Assembly: GCA_027483445.1 (NCBI GenBank)
Contig: JAIXUS010000005.1
Span: 140,927-204,926 of the forward strand
From: Bacteroidota bacterium
GTDB taxonomy: Bacteria > Bacteroidota > Bacteroidia > M30B66
Length of the DNA: 64,000 nt
Reading direction: 5' to 3'
Shown: one piece after another, positions 28,534-38,709 of the stretch
Layout: every line of letters starts with the position of its first letter
Numbering within the stretch: position 1 is the stretch's first letter
Notes under the pieces: generated by a model
The model's input: only the letters and a program-made list of their open reading frames with translations
Told to the model about the DNA's origin: nothing
The model's database searches: none
Made by a program: the position numbers and the translations under genes

Positions 28534-29052
28534 TCAGGGTTCTGTTTTTACATTCACAAAACCACCATTAGTGATTCTGATGTTGGAAACTAATCCAGTG
28601 TTTGGATTGATAAAATCGCCTTCAAATTCAAAGCCTCCAGACACCGTAATAATGCTGTTGGTTACGTAGTAGTCTGAAATCACAATTTTACCACTATCGG
28701 ATTTGAAAATACGGTCTGAGGCATCGATGTATCTACAGCGAATCAGTGTATCCGGGTTTGGCAAATCATAGGTACCTAGCTCGGTTCCGAAAAATTGAAT
28801 AACAACCGTACTGTTGTCTGACCTGGCAAGAGAAACAACATTTTTAACTCGCCCGTTTTCAGGAGTGGAGGTAAATGTAGCACGGGTAAATGTGGTATAG
28901 GAGCCGTTTACATCAGCCGAGCCGAAGATTGTTGGTGGTGGTTCCGGTTCAGTTTCTTCTTCGCAGGCACTGAAACTTACTAAGGCCACGATTAAAATTA
29001 TCCAAGAAAAACTATGCATCCAAGAGCGATTTGAAAACTTACCTGCGAACAT
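28534..29052 (-). CDS. Hypothetical lipoprotein
   Basis: Hydrophobic stretch and lipobox FSAC followed by acidic EEETE; beta-rich body; start codon uncertain (29052 or 29019). Confidence 0.7.
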   Translation of the reverse strand: MFAGKFSNRSWMHSFSWIILIVALVSFSACEEETEPEPPPTIFGSADVNGSYTTFTRATFTSTPENGRVKNVVSLARSDNSTVVIQFFGTELGTYDLPNPDTLIRCRYIDASDRIFKSDSGKIVISDYYVTNSIITVSGGFEFEGDFINPNTGLVSNIRITNGGFVNVKTEP

Positions 29053-29166
29053 GTACGAAGCATTATTTTGGGATTGTAAATATAGGCATCTCCGTTTAGT
29101 TCTGCAAACAAAGCCCATTTACCATGTGATTGCCTCACACAGCGATGAATTCACTAGGTTTGCAGC

Positions 29167-30201
29167 ATGTTTTTTTCTGAAAGCCAGACGCAGGAAATCC
29201 GCGAATTACTGCTTAAGGCCAACACTGTTGTTTTGGTTTCGCACCGCAATCCCGATGGCGATGCATTGGGCTCTACACTCGGATTGAAATCGATATTTGA
29301 TCGGCATTTTTCATTTAAAACCCAGGTGATTGTTCCCGATGAACGGCCTGATTTTCTCGCGTATTTGCCCGGATTTACTGAAGTTTTGGTTTTCGACAAA
29401 GAAACGCAGCAAGCAACTGAGGCCATCCTTAATTGTGATGTCTTGTTTTGCCTCGACTTTAATCATCCGGGAAGGGTAGGCGATATGGAAGATGTGTTGA
29501 GGGCTCGGGCAAGTTTAAGGCCTGATTCGGGTATCATGATCGACCACCATCAACAACCTGAAGCGTTCATAACCTATATTGGGTCTGACACTTCGGCCAG
29601 TTCGACGTCGGAAATGGTTTATACATTTTCACAGATGCTTGGTTTTGAGTCCATTCCGACCAAGGAAACAGCCATGTGTTTGTATACCGGTATTATGACC
29701 GATACGGGGTCTTTCCGCTTCAGTGCTACAAGTCCTGCCACTCATCGTATTGCCGCTAATCTGCTGGCCTCAGGTTTGGAACATTGGAAAATTCATGAAC
29801 ATCTTTTTAATCAGAACAAACTGTCTAAACTACAGCTTTGGGGCGAAGTGTTTAGCCGTCACCTTTCTCAGCTTCAGGAATTTGGGGTTAGTTATATGGT
29901 TGCTGATGGCGAATTACTTCAACGGCATCACTATGAAGAAGGTGACTTAGAAGGGCTTGTAAATTTTGCACTTAGCTTAAAAGGAACAACAATGGCGGCA
30001 ATATTTAGCGAACGAAAAGGGAAAATCAGAATTTCGTTCCGTTCTGTAGGGACATTCTCGGTCAACGCCTTTGCCCGTGAGCATTTTAATGGCGGCGGAC
30101 ATGAAAATGCGGCGGGTGGTAGCTTTGAAGGTAGTATTCAGGAAGCCGTTCAGCACTTTTTAAGCATTCTCCCTTCTTACAAATCTCAGTTAAAATCATG
30201 A
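29167..30201 (+). CDS. nrnA: DHH-family bifunctional nanoRNase/pAp phosphatase
   Basis: HRNPDGDALGS, DHH, TDTGSF and GGGH (DHHA1) motifs. Confidence 0.92.
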   Translation: MFFSESQTQEIRELLLKANTVVLVSHRNPDGDALGSTLGLKSIFDRHFSFKTQVIVPDERPDFLAYLPGFTEVLVFDKETQQATEAILNCDVLFCLDFNHPGRVGDMEDVLRARASLRPDSGIMIDHHQQPEAFITYIGSDTSASSTSEMVYTFSQMLGFESIPTKETAMCLYTGIMTDTGSFRFSATSPATHRIAANLLASGLEHWKIHEHLFNQNKLSKLQLWGEVFSRHLSQLQEFGVSYMVADGELLQRHHYEEGDLEGLVNFALSLKGTTMAAIFSERKGKIRISFRSVGTFSVNAFAREHFNGGGHENAAGGSFEGSIQEAVQHFLSILPSYKSQLKS

Positions 30202-30740
30202 AAGGAATCAATTGCATCTGGGTACTTGCTTGTTTATTCTTTGTTGGTTCTTTACTAGAATCCTGCAGGAATCGTCCTGATGATAAGCGATCTCTGGAAC
30301 AATCGCAATTGCATGAACCGTTGATTCGGGTAAATCAGAATCTGGCCCGGAAAGAAAGTGAGGACATCGACAGTTACCAACGTCGTTATCAACTTGATAT
30401 GCAAAGAACCGGCACAGGATTACGTTATCACATTTACACAAAAGGCGCAGAGCCGCTGGCTGATGCCGAAGATTTAGCCACAGTGAATTTCAAGGTGTTT
30501 TTGTTGGATGGCACATTGTGCTACAGCTCTGATTCGACTGGTTCAGAAACATTTACAGTTGATCGGGATGACGTAGAAAGCGGTTTGCACGAAGGCATCA
30601 AAATGCTTGGGAAAGGCGGTAAAGCCAAATTTATTTTACCTTCGCACCTCGCTCATGGACTGATGGGAGATGACGCAAAAATCCCCTCCAGAAGCCCTGT
30701 AGTGTACGACATTGAATTGATAGCCCTGAAAAAGAGATGA
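30198..30740 (+). CDS. FKBP-type PPIase lipoprotein, GldI-like
   Basis: Lipobox LESC; GLHEGIK, LPSHLAHG and IP...VYDIEL; position after nrnA resembles the flavobacterial gldI locus. Confidence 0.82.
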   Translation: MKGINCIWVLACLFFVGSLLESCRNRPDDKRSLEQSQLHEPLIRVNQNLARKESEDIDSYQRRYQLDMQRTGTGLRYHIYTKGAEPLADAEDLATVNFKVFLLDGTLCYSSDSTGSETFTVDRDDVESGLHEGIKMLGKGGKAKFILPSHLAHGLMGDDAKIPSRSPVVYDIELIALKKR

Positions 30741-31672
30741 TCCTGATCAAAAAGATGAATTTGCTCAAAGCATTTGCCGCTTTGCTATTACTGGCGGCCT
30801 GTTCAAAAAGTAAGCATGATGGTTTTGAAGTAACTGAAACCGGATTGCATTTCGCACTTCACAAGCACGACGATAAAGCCAAGAAACCCAAAAAAGGCGA
30901 TATTCTGTTTTGTAATATGAGGCTTTGGTTGATGGGTAAAGAAGGAAAAAAAGACTCATTGATGTATTCATCAGAGGAGGCTCCGGATTATGATGAAAGC
31001 ATCAAGTTTATCGAATTGATGGATCCGAAACACAAGGGCGATCTTATGGAAGGTCTTTCGATGTTGCATCTTGGCGACAGTGCTTCGTTTATTGTATCGG
31101 CCGATTCGTTTTTTTTAGTGGCCAATCAATTAAAGGAGTTGCCTCCTGGTGTTAAAACCGGTGATGAACTTTTGTTTGATTTCGTAATTCGGGATTTTAA
31201 ATCTTTAGAGGAGACCAAGACCCTGATTGCTGGTTTGAGAGCCAAAATGTCGGCCGAGCAAAAGGTGGAAATGGATGCATTGCGCGACAATGAACAATCG
31301 CGCATTGCTGAGTATTTAGACAGGAAGGGAATCAAGGAAAAACCGACTTCGAGTGGATTGATCTATGTTGAAAAGGATAAAGGTAAGGGTCCCAAAGCCA
31401 AGAAAGGACAAGTTGTTACGCTCCAATACACAGGTTATCTTTTAAATGGGAAGAAATTCGATTCCAGTTTTGATCATGGGCAGCCTTTCTCCTTTACGTT
31501 AGGAAACGGGGAGGTGATTGCCGGTTGGGATGAAGGAGTTTCAATGATGAATGTAGGGACGTCTGCAATGTTTATCATTCCATCGGTATTGGCTTATGGT
31601 TCTAATGGGTCCGGGGAAATTCCTCCGTACTCACCATTGGTTTTTGAAGTACAATTAATGAAAGCTGAGTAA
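30737..31672 (+). CDS. FKBP-type PPIase lipoprotein (degenerate plus canonical domain)
   Basis: Lipobox [30 protein letters not shown] and LVFEVQL. Confidence 0.92.
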   Translation: MILIKKMNLLKAFAALLLLAACSKSKHDGFEVTETGLHFALHKHDDKAKKPKKGDILFCNMRLWLMGKEGKKDSLMYSSEEAPDYDESIKFIELMDPKHKGDLMEGLSMLHLGDSASFIVSADSFFLVANQLKELPPGVKTGDELLFDFVIRDFKSLEETKTLIAGLRAKMSAEQKVEMDALRDNEQSRIAEYLDRKGIKEKPTSSGLIYVEKDKGKGPKAKKGQVVTLQYTGYLLNGKKFDSSFDHGQPFSFTLGNGEVIAGWDEGVSMMNVGTSAMFIIPSVLAYGSNGSGEIPPYSPLVFEVQLMKAE

Positions 31673-31674
31673 TC

Positions 31675-32595
31675 ATGAAAAAATGGATTTTTTGCCTCTC
31701 ATTTGCGCTGGGCGCGATGACTGTTTTGGCTCAAGGTACTGCGCCTGCTGTTAACCGCGCCGAATTTAAAGAGTTGCAGAAAGGTATTTCTTGGCGTAAG
31801 ATAAAAAGTGGAAAAACCAGTGTTAAGCCTCAAGAAGGAGATGTGTTGCTGATGTATGTCAGTTATTACCGGCATCGTAAAGGAAGCAGCACCGACTCTT
31901 TGTTGTTTAGCTCCGGTAACAACCCCAACGATAAAGCCTTGAAGCTGATATTGCCCAAACCTACGTTTCAGTCAGACGTAATTGCCGGTTTGTATCAAAT
32001 GGAAGCCGGTGATAGCGCCCAGTTTATTGTACCCGGTGATTCTTTCCTTTTAATGTCGGCCGGATTTAGAGAACTTCCCGAGCACTATAAAGCCGGTGAT
32101 GAAATTTTGTTTTGTGCAGGTTTGCTGAAAATCACACCTAAGGCTGAAGCAGAAGCCATCCGTAAAATTGAACTTGAAAAACAAAAGCAAGAAATGCAAC
32201 AGAAAGCAGAAGCCGAGAAATCACTAATGCAGGCTTACATTACAGAAAAAGGAATTAAAACAACACCACAGGCCAGCGGTCTCATTTATGTCCAAAAATC
32301 TCCCGGATCTGGCGAAAAGCCAAAGAAAGGGCAGAAAGTTACTGTACACTACACCGGTTACTTGCTCAATGGCACTAAGTTCGATTCTAGTGTTGACCGT
32401 GGTCAGCCTTTTGTGTTTGAACTAGGGCGAGGGCAAGTAATTGCAGGTTGGGACGAAGGGATTTCATTAATGCAGCCCGGCGAAAAAGCACAACTGATTA
32501 TTCCATCAAATCTTGGTTACGGTGGCCGAAGTATGGGGCCAATTCCAGCACATTCTACCTTGGTTTTTGATGTAGAGCTCATCAAAGCTGAGTAA
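31675..32595 (+). CDS. FKBP-type PPIase, periplasmic (degenerate plus canonical domain)
   Basis: Signal peptide [27 protein letters not shown] and LVFDVEL. Confidence 0.92.
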   Translation: MKKWIFCLSFALGAMTVLAQGTAPAVNRAEFKELQKGISWRKIKSGKTSVKPQEGDVLLMYVSYYRHRKGSSTDSLLFSSGNNPNDKALKLILPKPTFQSDVIAGLYQMEAGDSAQFIVPGDSFLLMSAGFRELPEHYKAGDEILFCAGLLKITPKAEAEAIRKIELEKQKQEMQQKAEAEKSLMQAYITEKGIKTTPQASGLIYVQKSPGSGEKPKKGQKVTVHYTGYLLNGTKFDSSVDRGQPFVFELGRGQVIAGWDEGISLMQPGEKAQLIIPSNLGYGGRSMGPIPAHSTLVFDVELIKAE

Positions 32596-32640
32596 CTGCT
32601 GCTTTATTCACGTTGCATTAACCCTTTATTAGTTAACGGT

Positions 32641-33447
32641 ATGTTTAGAAATCTTGTTTTTTGTCTGGTTGCTGCATTGGTCAACTTATCCTACGGCGTT
32701 GCTCAATCGGCTGTAAAACTGAAGTTGAACGAGGAATATGCCGCTGCCAATGGTTTGAAAATCACCTTGCTGAAAACAGGAAAGGGGAAGTCACTTGCAA
32801 AAGGCGATAAGGTGAAAGTGCATTACAAGGGTGAATTGGTGGATGGCCGCCCGTTCGACAGCTCCATTGAGCGCAACCAACCCTTTGAGTTTGTGATGGG
32901 CATGAACCAAGTAATTGCTGGTTGGGACCAAGCCCTGCTGTTATTGAAGACAGGCGATAAGGCTAAACTTTTGATACCTCCCGACTTAGGTTACGGCGAT
33001 ACGCCAATGCCTAAAATTCCGGCAGGCTCTTATTTGGTTTTCGAGGTGGAAGTTTTGGATGTGATTAAAGACTTTGCCCCTAAACAGTTCATTACAAAAG
33101 GAAAGAAAACAGAAACATCTGCTTCCGGTTTGGAGTATTGTATATTGGAAAAAGGCAGTGGTGCCAAGGCTGAGCGCGGTAAAACGGTTGAAGTACACTA
33201 TACAGGTTTTTTGGAAAATGGAGACATCTTCGACTCTTCTGTTTTGAAAGGTCAACCGATTTCTTTTCGCCTTGGTGTTGGAATGGTTATTCCCGGTTGG
33301 GATGAAGGCTTAACGTATCTAAATGCCGGCGGAAAAGCCTTACTGTCAATCCCCTATAATCTGGCGTATGGTGAAACCGGTCGTCCTCCACTTATTCCGC
33401 CAAAAGCACGCCTTATCTTCAACGTAGAGCTGATTAGCGTTAAATAG
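32641..33447 (+). CDS. Double-domain FKBP-type PPIase
   Basis: Two complete FKBP domains (VHYKG..FDSS..VIAGWD; VHYTG..FDSS..VIPGWDEG). Confidence 0.92.
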   Translation: MFRNLVFCLVAALVNLSYGVAQSAVKLKLNEEYAAANGLKITLLKTGKGKSLAKGDKVKVHYKGELVDGRPFDSSIERNQPFEFVMGMNQVIAGWDQALLLLKTGDKAKLLIPPDLGYGDTPMPKIPAGSYLVFEVEVLDVIKDFAPKQFITKGKKTETSASGLEYCILEKGSGAKAERGKTVEVHYTGFLENGDIFDSSVLKGQPISFRLGVGMVIPGWDEGLTYLNAGGKALLSIPYNLAYGETGRPPLIPPKARLIFNVELISVK

Positions 33448-33690
33448 GGCTTACTGAAAAGCACTTAATAGCTTTATTTTTAACATTTTAGCCCCTGTTT
33501 GAATGAGGCTTAATGCATGGATTTTTAGTCTAGCTTTTGAAAATCCATGAAGTCCTGAATTCATGAAGTTTGATTATTCGTTAGCCACAAATGCAGCATC
33601 TGTTTCGTTGCCCGAGCCTAGCACTATTCAATATACAGCTTCGCCTAGTCGCGTTGCATCTGCCGCATTTCTGACTTTTTCAGTAAGCTC
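33447..33690. mobile_element. MITE-like non-autonomous element (244 bp) flanked by TA
   Basis: Terminal inverted repeats GGGCTTACTGAAAA / TTTTCAGTAAGCTC (13 of 14 match); TA on both sides (33445-33446, 33691-33692); internal hairpins; no ORF. Confidence 0.65.
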
Positions 33691-33769
33691 TAAGTAAGGC
33701 TTGACTGTTTTAGGGCAAAGTATCGAGTTAAGCTCGGTTCCATGTAATCTGTGGTAGCATTAAACTTGT

Positions 33770-33798
33770 AACTGCTTTTTTTACTAAAGCGGTTTTTT
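33770..33798 (+). terminator. Possible terminator of the nrnA-FKBP operon
   Basis: AACTGCTTT/AAAGCGGTT stem followed by TTTT. Confidence 0.5.
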
Positions 33799-34056
33799 GA
33801 AAGCAATCACTCACCATTGTGTTGGCAGACTCTGAAATGCTGAAGGTTCATGTTTACAGGACGAAACTGTGCATTACTTAAAACTGCAAGAAACGAAGCA
33901 GACCTACTTTTCCAGCCAAAAAATTTTGAGCTTTACATTTTCAGAATTGCACAGATTTTTTCGAAAGCAATGCAGAAGTGCTATGTGTAATCTCCCGGGT
34001 CAACAAAGCTTAAAGTAATTTGAATGCAGCAAATAAGCGCTATTCGGGAGGCTCTG

Positions 34057-34413
34057 TTACAATTCAACGTTCAAGTCGACCATTACTTTTTGAAGTACGC
34101 CTTCCAATTTGTCCATTAAGGCCGGAAGCTCATCGATATTGCTCGACTCTTTAGCGTATCGTTCGATGGTGCGAATATCTTCCCGAAGCAATTCGATACC
34201 CATTGTATCGATAGATGGCTTGATTTTATGGGCCACAGCACCGAGCTCTTTCCAGTTGGAGTCGTTTAGATGTTGCCTCATTTCCGCTAGGGCAGGTGGC
34301 ATGGTGTCGATGAAAAGCCTCACCATTTTTTTAACGAAATCGGTGTTCCCGTGAGCAATTTCGTGAATCAACTTTAAATCGTATAGTTGGCCTTCGGGGA
34401 TGCTAAAACTCAT
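34057..34413 (-). CDS. Stand-alone Hpt (histidine phosphotransfer) domain protein
   Basis: AHKIKPS phospho-acceptor motif in an all-helical 118-aa protein; TACCTTTG -7 box at 34430-34437. Confidence 0.88.
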   Translation of the reverse strand: MSFSIPEGQLYDLKLIHEIAHGNTDFVKKMVRLFIDTMPPALAEMRQHLNDSNWKELGAVAHKIKPSIDTMGIELLREDIRTIERYAKESSNIDELPALMDKLEGVLQKVMVDLNVEL

Positions 34414-34443
34414 GTTCGGGGTGTTTAGACAAAGGTAGTTTTT

Positions 34444-36240
34444 TCAGCTTAGTTCTCTTGATTGCCGGATTAATTTGTGGCGGTAGGATTCCAAAAGTTC
34501 TGATTTAAATACGAACCCTTTGAATTGTGGCCCGTCAAAAACCGGCAAACATTCTTCTCCTTCTATCTCAAATTTGTGGAATGCCGATTCAGCAGTATCG
34601 TTCCAGCGTATCGTTTGAGAAGGGAAAAACATAAATTCACTAACGTTTTTTGTTTCGTAAAGTTCCACCCGGAATAGCAAATCTCGAATACGGTCTAATT
34701 CGACCATACCCTGAAAATGTTTTTCAGGACCTATCACAGGATAATGGTTGATATGAGATTGCTCAACAATTTTCACCAAATCGCCAAGGGGCATATCGGG
34801 ACGGAGGGTGTATTCAGGTTTTCGAATGAGTTTTTTTAAACGAATTGCGCGCATCACGGCGCTGTCTTTTTGGTGTGTTCCAACAATTCCTTTTCGGGCC
34901 AAACGGTTTGTGTAAACGGAATAAGGTTCGAGTAAGCGCGATACAAAAAAGGCCGAGGCCGATACAATCATCAAGGGAACGAACAGGTTGTAACCTCCGG
35001 TGATCTCAGCGATGAGAAATATTCCGGTTAGTGGAGCATGAACAACGCCGGAAAGCACTCCGGCCATGGCCGTGGCAACAAAAGAGGCAATGGGCAAAGC
35101 CACGATTCCGGTTGAGTTTAATCCGAAACTAAAGGTAAAGCCAAGCAGCGAGCCGGTGAAAAGCGAAGGGGCAAAGATTCCCCCATTTCCACCGGAAGCA
35201 ATGGTTAAAGAAGTGGCCACAACCTTCATAAACACTGTTGCCCCGGCCAACAGAATAATCATCATTCCACTGTCGCCCAGTTCTCCAAACAAGCTGTTCC
35301 GCAAAAGCAGGGTGTATTCGCCGTTAAGTAAGGCCTGAATTAATGTATAACCCTCGCCGTAAAGTGTAGGGAGAAGAAAAATTAATCCGCCCAATAGGGC
35401 GCCACCGCCTAAGGCTTTGCGATAATTACTTTTCCAGCGTTTGAAACGACCTTCGATGAGCAGAGTACTCCGCGTCATGTACACCGAAACGAGTCCGCAA
35501 GCAAGCCCAAGTAAGGTGTAAAAGGGAAGCTGACCAACGGTCCAGTTGTCGGTGATTAAGTAAAACAAGCGGTCGGAGAAGAAAAACCGTGAAACTACTG
35601 CAGCTGTGGCCGACGAAAGCAAAAGAGGGATGAATGCCGGCACGCTAAAGCCTTCCAGGAGGACTTCAAAAGCGAAGATTACCCCGGCAATCGGGCAGTT
35701 GAAAACGGCTGAAATCCCCGCGGCAGCGCCACAACCTAAAAGCAGCGTTCTTTCCCGGTAATTCAGATGGGCCAGAATACCCAGGTTGGAGCCAATGGCC
35801 GAACCGGTAACTACAATTGGGGCTTCCAATCCGGCCGAACCGCCAAAACCAGCGGTAACGCCGCTGGTGAGGACATGCGACCAGGTTTTATGTTGCTCGA
35901 TTTTTGAGCCTTTCCGGGCGATGTTCTCAATAATCGGACTGAGCCCACGCCCCAGTTGGCCCTTGAGCAATCGCTTAACCAGCACAGCAGTGAGCAAAAT
36001 GCCCAACATGGGGAAAATGAAGTAAAGCGTGGTGTGGTAAGGAAAGTGCACCCGGTATTGGAGGTAGTCTTGGATGAAGTGCACCAGATTTTTGAGCAAA
36101 ATGGCCGCAAACCCACATACCAATCCTGTAAACACGCTCAGTCCAAGAAGAAAATTGCGTTTACTCACATTGCGGATTCTCCATTTCAGAAATTGAAAAC
36201 GCAATCCGTTAAAGGCATGAAAAACATCAGCATGCTTCAC
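34444..36240 (-). CDS. ClC-family chloride channel/antiporter with CBS domains
   Basis: GGSAGLEAP, GGNGGIFAP and IFLIAEITG; C-terminal CBS pair. Confidence 0.92.
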   Translation of the reverse strand: MKHADVFHAFNGLRFQFLKWRIRNVSKRNFLLGLSVFTGLVCGFAAILLKNLVHFIQDYLQYRVHFPYHTTLYFIFPMLGILLTAVLVKRLLKGQLGRGLSPIIENIARKGSKIEQHKTWSHVLTSGVTAGFGGSAGLEAPIVVTGSAIGSNLGILAHLNYRERTLLLGCGAAAGISAVFNCPIAGVIFAFEVLLEGFSVPAFIPLLLSSATAAVVSRFFFSDRLFYLITDNWTVGQLPFYTLLGLACGLVSVYMTRSTLLIEGRFKRWKSNYRKALGGGALLGGLIFLLPTLYGEGYTLIQALLNGEYTLLLRNSLFGELGDSGMMIILLAGATVFMKVVATSLTIASGGNGGIFAPSLFTGSLLGFTFSFGLNSTGIVALPIASFVATAMAGVLSGVVHAPLTGIFLIAEITGGYNLFVPLMIVSASAFFVSRLLEPYSVYTNRLARKGIVGTHQKDSAVMRAIRLKKLIRKPEYTLRPDMPLGDLVKIVEQSHINHYPVIGPEKHFQGMVELDRIRDLLFRVELYETKNVSEFMFFPSQTIRWNDTAESAFHKFEIEGEECLPVFDGPQFKGFVFKSELLESYRHKLIRQSRELS

Positions 36241-36298
36241 GCCTTAAATCTACGCACTTAACCTTAAACTCTACTTCGGCTTTTCAAAGGCCCTATGC

Positions 36299-38605
36299 TT
36301 ATTCTTTCCACTTGAGGCGCAATCCTAAGGTAATTGTTCGGGGTCGAAGCGGACCATAAACATAGCCCGGGTCTCTGGAAAAACCCGTGTCCAGGTCGCG
36401 TTGAAATTGGTTGAAAAGATTGTTTACGCCTCCATCAACCTCGAGATTCCAGTGTTTACTGAGGTTAAAACTCTTCATGAGACGGAGGCTTGCATCCCAG
36501 AAATCGGGTGTTGATTTCAATTCGATGAATCCGGTTTCTGTATTTGTCATGTGGGCCATAAGCATGCTTCCGGTATACACCAGAGAAGCAGCAGCATACC
36601 ACGATTTACCCAAATAAAATGCACTTTGGAGATAACCATACACCGCTGGTGTTCGGAGTAACTGATTGGTTGTTAGCGTGTTTTGTTCGTCTTCAAAAAT
36701 GGTTTCCGCCTCCCGAAACAGGGCTTGTTGTAGGGTAAGTCCGGCCTGAAGGCTATGGTTTTGCTTTTTCACTCTGGCCTCCGCATTGATTCCGCTCACC
36801 AAAGCTCCGCTGCCATTGCGTTTTTCCATAATAAGCACATTGCCCGATTGTTCCACCGGACCTTCAATCACAAAAGGATTCCTCAGTTGCGTGTGAAAAG
36901 CGCTAATGGTGTAACGTTGCGACCAGCCCATGTATTCCTGATTGTATTCGGCACCAATACTTTGGCTTAATGAGCGTTCTGTTCGAAGGTTTTCGGCCAT
37001 TCTGATAAAGCGGAGATTGCTACCGGCCAGGTCGATGTGTAAATCTTCGTCGAACACCTGCGGGCCTCTAAACCCTGTGGTAAGTTGATACCTCAAGCTC
37101 AGTTTTTCTGTGAGCCCTTGCCTTATGGAAGCCCGAATGTTTGGAATCCAAAGGCTTCGCCGATGGCTAAACGTGTTCTCAGGGAAACGAAAATCGCCGC
37201 GAATGTCTTGATAATCCATTCTGAAACCTGCGCTGATATTGGTTTTGGAGGCCGGCTGAAACGCGTATTGGATGTAAGTTCCTGAGCTGAGGCTCTGTTG
37301 CTCGAGGCTGCGGATTTGTCCGCGGAATTCGTCTCTCAATCCTTGAATTAAACTCTCGTTGCCCAGCAATAGGCGTCCGTTCCAGCGTTTTAGGTGTTGC
37401 ACCACTTGCAGCCCAAGTACACCGTTGTAATCGCTGGAGAAGCCGTATTGCGAAAGCGGATCGGGATGCGTTGAGCCTCCGTAGTACGAATCCCTAAGCA
37501 CGCGTTGAAAGGCAGAATAAACATCCAATTTTCTTCTACTGTTGCGGCTTTGTAACGAGTAACTCAGATCGGCCCCTGCAATTCGGTGAGCAATCCATTC
37601 TGCAATTTCGCTTTGGTGAGGCGCAAGGAAAAGCGTGCTGCCTCCCCGGCGCTCGTCTTGTATATATCTGGCCGAACCACTCAATTTTGAGCGAGAGCCC
37701 AGCTCATGGAAAAATTGAAGGCCAGATGTATGGCTTTGAAGCCGTGTGATTTCTGTAAACCCATCGTTGTGAATGTCCCATGGATTGCGGTATCGATAGG
37801 CCGAAAAGCCCTGCAATCCGGTGGTTCGCTTTTTATTGACCCACGACCCTGATGCGTAGCCATAGGTGTCGGGTGAATTTAAACCTATGCGCGACTGCTG
37901 TAATCCGGCTTCGAATGACTTTCCGGTGGGTGTTGTGGTGATGATATTTACCGTACCGGCGATAGCATTTCCGCCAAACAAGACCGATCCGCCGCCCTGA
38001 ACAACCTCGATTTGCTCAATCATGGCCGGTGGAATTTGTTCCAGACCGTAAACCGCAGCAAGGGCCGAATAAACAGGGCGACTGTTGATGAGAATTTGGG
38101 TGTAGGCCGGTGGCAGTCCATTTAAACGAACTCCAACAAAACCGCAGTTTTGGCAGTTGTTTTCGACTTGTAATCCCGGACTGAATCGAAGCCCATCGGC
38201 GAGGCTGTTACTTTGGGTTTGCTCAAAAGTTGCGCGGTTAATTACCGAGATGTTTACCGGCGATTCTCTCAGCAGCACGGGTTCTCGGTCGGAGCTCACC
38301 ACAAAAACGGGGAGTTCGGCGGAGGCTGAGCGTAAAACAATGCTTAGGTTATTCTGAACATCAGAAGCAGGAATTTGCTTCATGGCATACCCAATGGCCG
38401 CAATTTCGAGGGTATCGTTTGCCAACCCGGATGGGCTAAGTTGAAAACGGCCAAGACTGTCGGCAAGTGCTCCTGAACTTTGTTTCTTCCAGGCCAACGT
38501 TGCAAATGGGATCGCCTGGCCTTTCGCATCTTGCACGCTGCCCCGAATTTGCGACCAACAGTTAAGGCTGAACGTGAAGAAAATTAAAAGAATGAGCAAT
38601 CGCAT
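36299..38605 (-). CDS. TonB-dependent receptor, probably for metal uptake
   Basis: N-terminal carboxypeptidase-regulatory-like domain, plug with NNCQNCG and IEVVQGGGSVLFG, barrel with FDEDLH, C-terminal GVNNLFN..PRT. Confidence 0.88.
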   Translation of the reverse strand: MRLLILLIFFTFSLNCWSQIRGSVQDAKGQAIPFATLAWKKQSSGALADSLGRFQLSPSGLANDTLEIAAIGYAMKQIPASDVQNNLSIVLRSASAELPVFVVSSDREPVLLRESPVNISVINRATFEQTQSNSLADGLRFSPGLQVENNCQNCGFVGVRLNGLPPAYTQILINSRPVYSALAAVYGLEQIPPAMIEQIEVVQGGGSVLFGGNAIAGTVNIITTTPTGKSFEAGLQQSRIGLNSPDTYGYASGSWVNKKRTTGLQGFSAYRYRNPWDIHNDGFTEITRLQSHTSGLQFFHELGSRSKLSGSARYIQDERRGGSTLFLAPHQSEIAEWIAHRIAGADLSYSLQSRNSRRKLDVYSAFQRVLRDSYYGGSTHPDPLSQYGFSSDYNGVLGLQVVQHLKRWNGRLLLGNESLIQGLRDEFRGQIRSLEQQSLSSGTYIQYAFQPASKTNISAGFRMDYQDIRGDFRFPENTFSHRRSLWIPNIRASIRQGLTEKLSLRYQLTTGFRGPQVFDEDLHIDLAGSNLRFIRMAENLRTERSLSQSIGAEYNQEYMGWSQRYTISAFHTQLRNPFVIEGPVEQSGNVLIMEKRNGSGALVSGINAEARVKKQNHSLQAGLTLQQALFREAETIFEDEQNTLTTNQLLRTPAVYGYLQSAFYLGKSWYAAASLVYTGSMLMAHMTNTETGFIELKSTPDFWDASLRLMKSFNLSKHWNLEVDGGVNNLFNQFQRDLDTGFSRDPGYVYGPLRPRTITLGLRLKWKE

Positions 38606-38625
38606 AGTTCTAACTTTTCGGGGTT

Positions 38626-38652
38626 CAAAAATAATATTTAGATGAATCTAAA
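38626..38652 (-). promoter_or_regulatory. TBDR promoter -7 box with adjacent DtxR/MntR-like palindrome
   Basis: TATTTTTG on the - strand (38626-38633); perfect TTTAGAT-GA-ATCTAAA at 38637-38652. Confidence 0.65.
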
Positions 38653-38668
38653 AATAATATTCAGGCAT

Positions 38669-38690
38669 AAAAAAAACGGCCGAAGCCGTT
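38669..38690 (-). terminator. Intrinsic terminator after uvrA-LOG
   Basis: - strand AACGGC-TTCG-GCCGTT followed by a T tract. Confidence 0.88.
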
Positions 38691-38709
38691 CTCTCAATTT
38701 TTATCGCCG

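Noticed and set aside
33840..33867. Hammerhead-like string CTGAAG-GTTC...GGAC-GAAAC
   Set aside because: The conserved A of CUGANGA is missing, and I cannot build stems I and III with a valid NUH site; probably chance. An Infernal search with the hammerhead models would settle it.
33448..34056. Switch from mostly + to mostly - strand genes as a replication terminus
   Set aside because: I see no dif-like site and cannot compute GC skew; operon structure alone can explain the switch.
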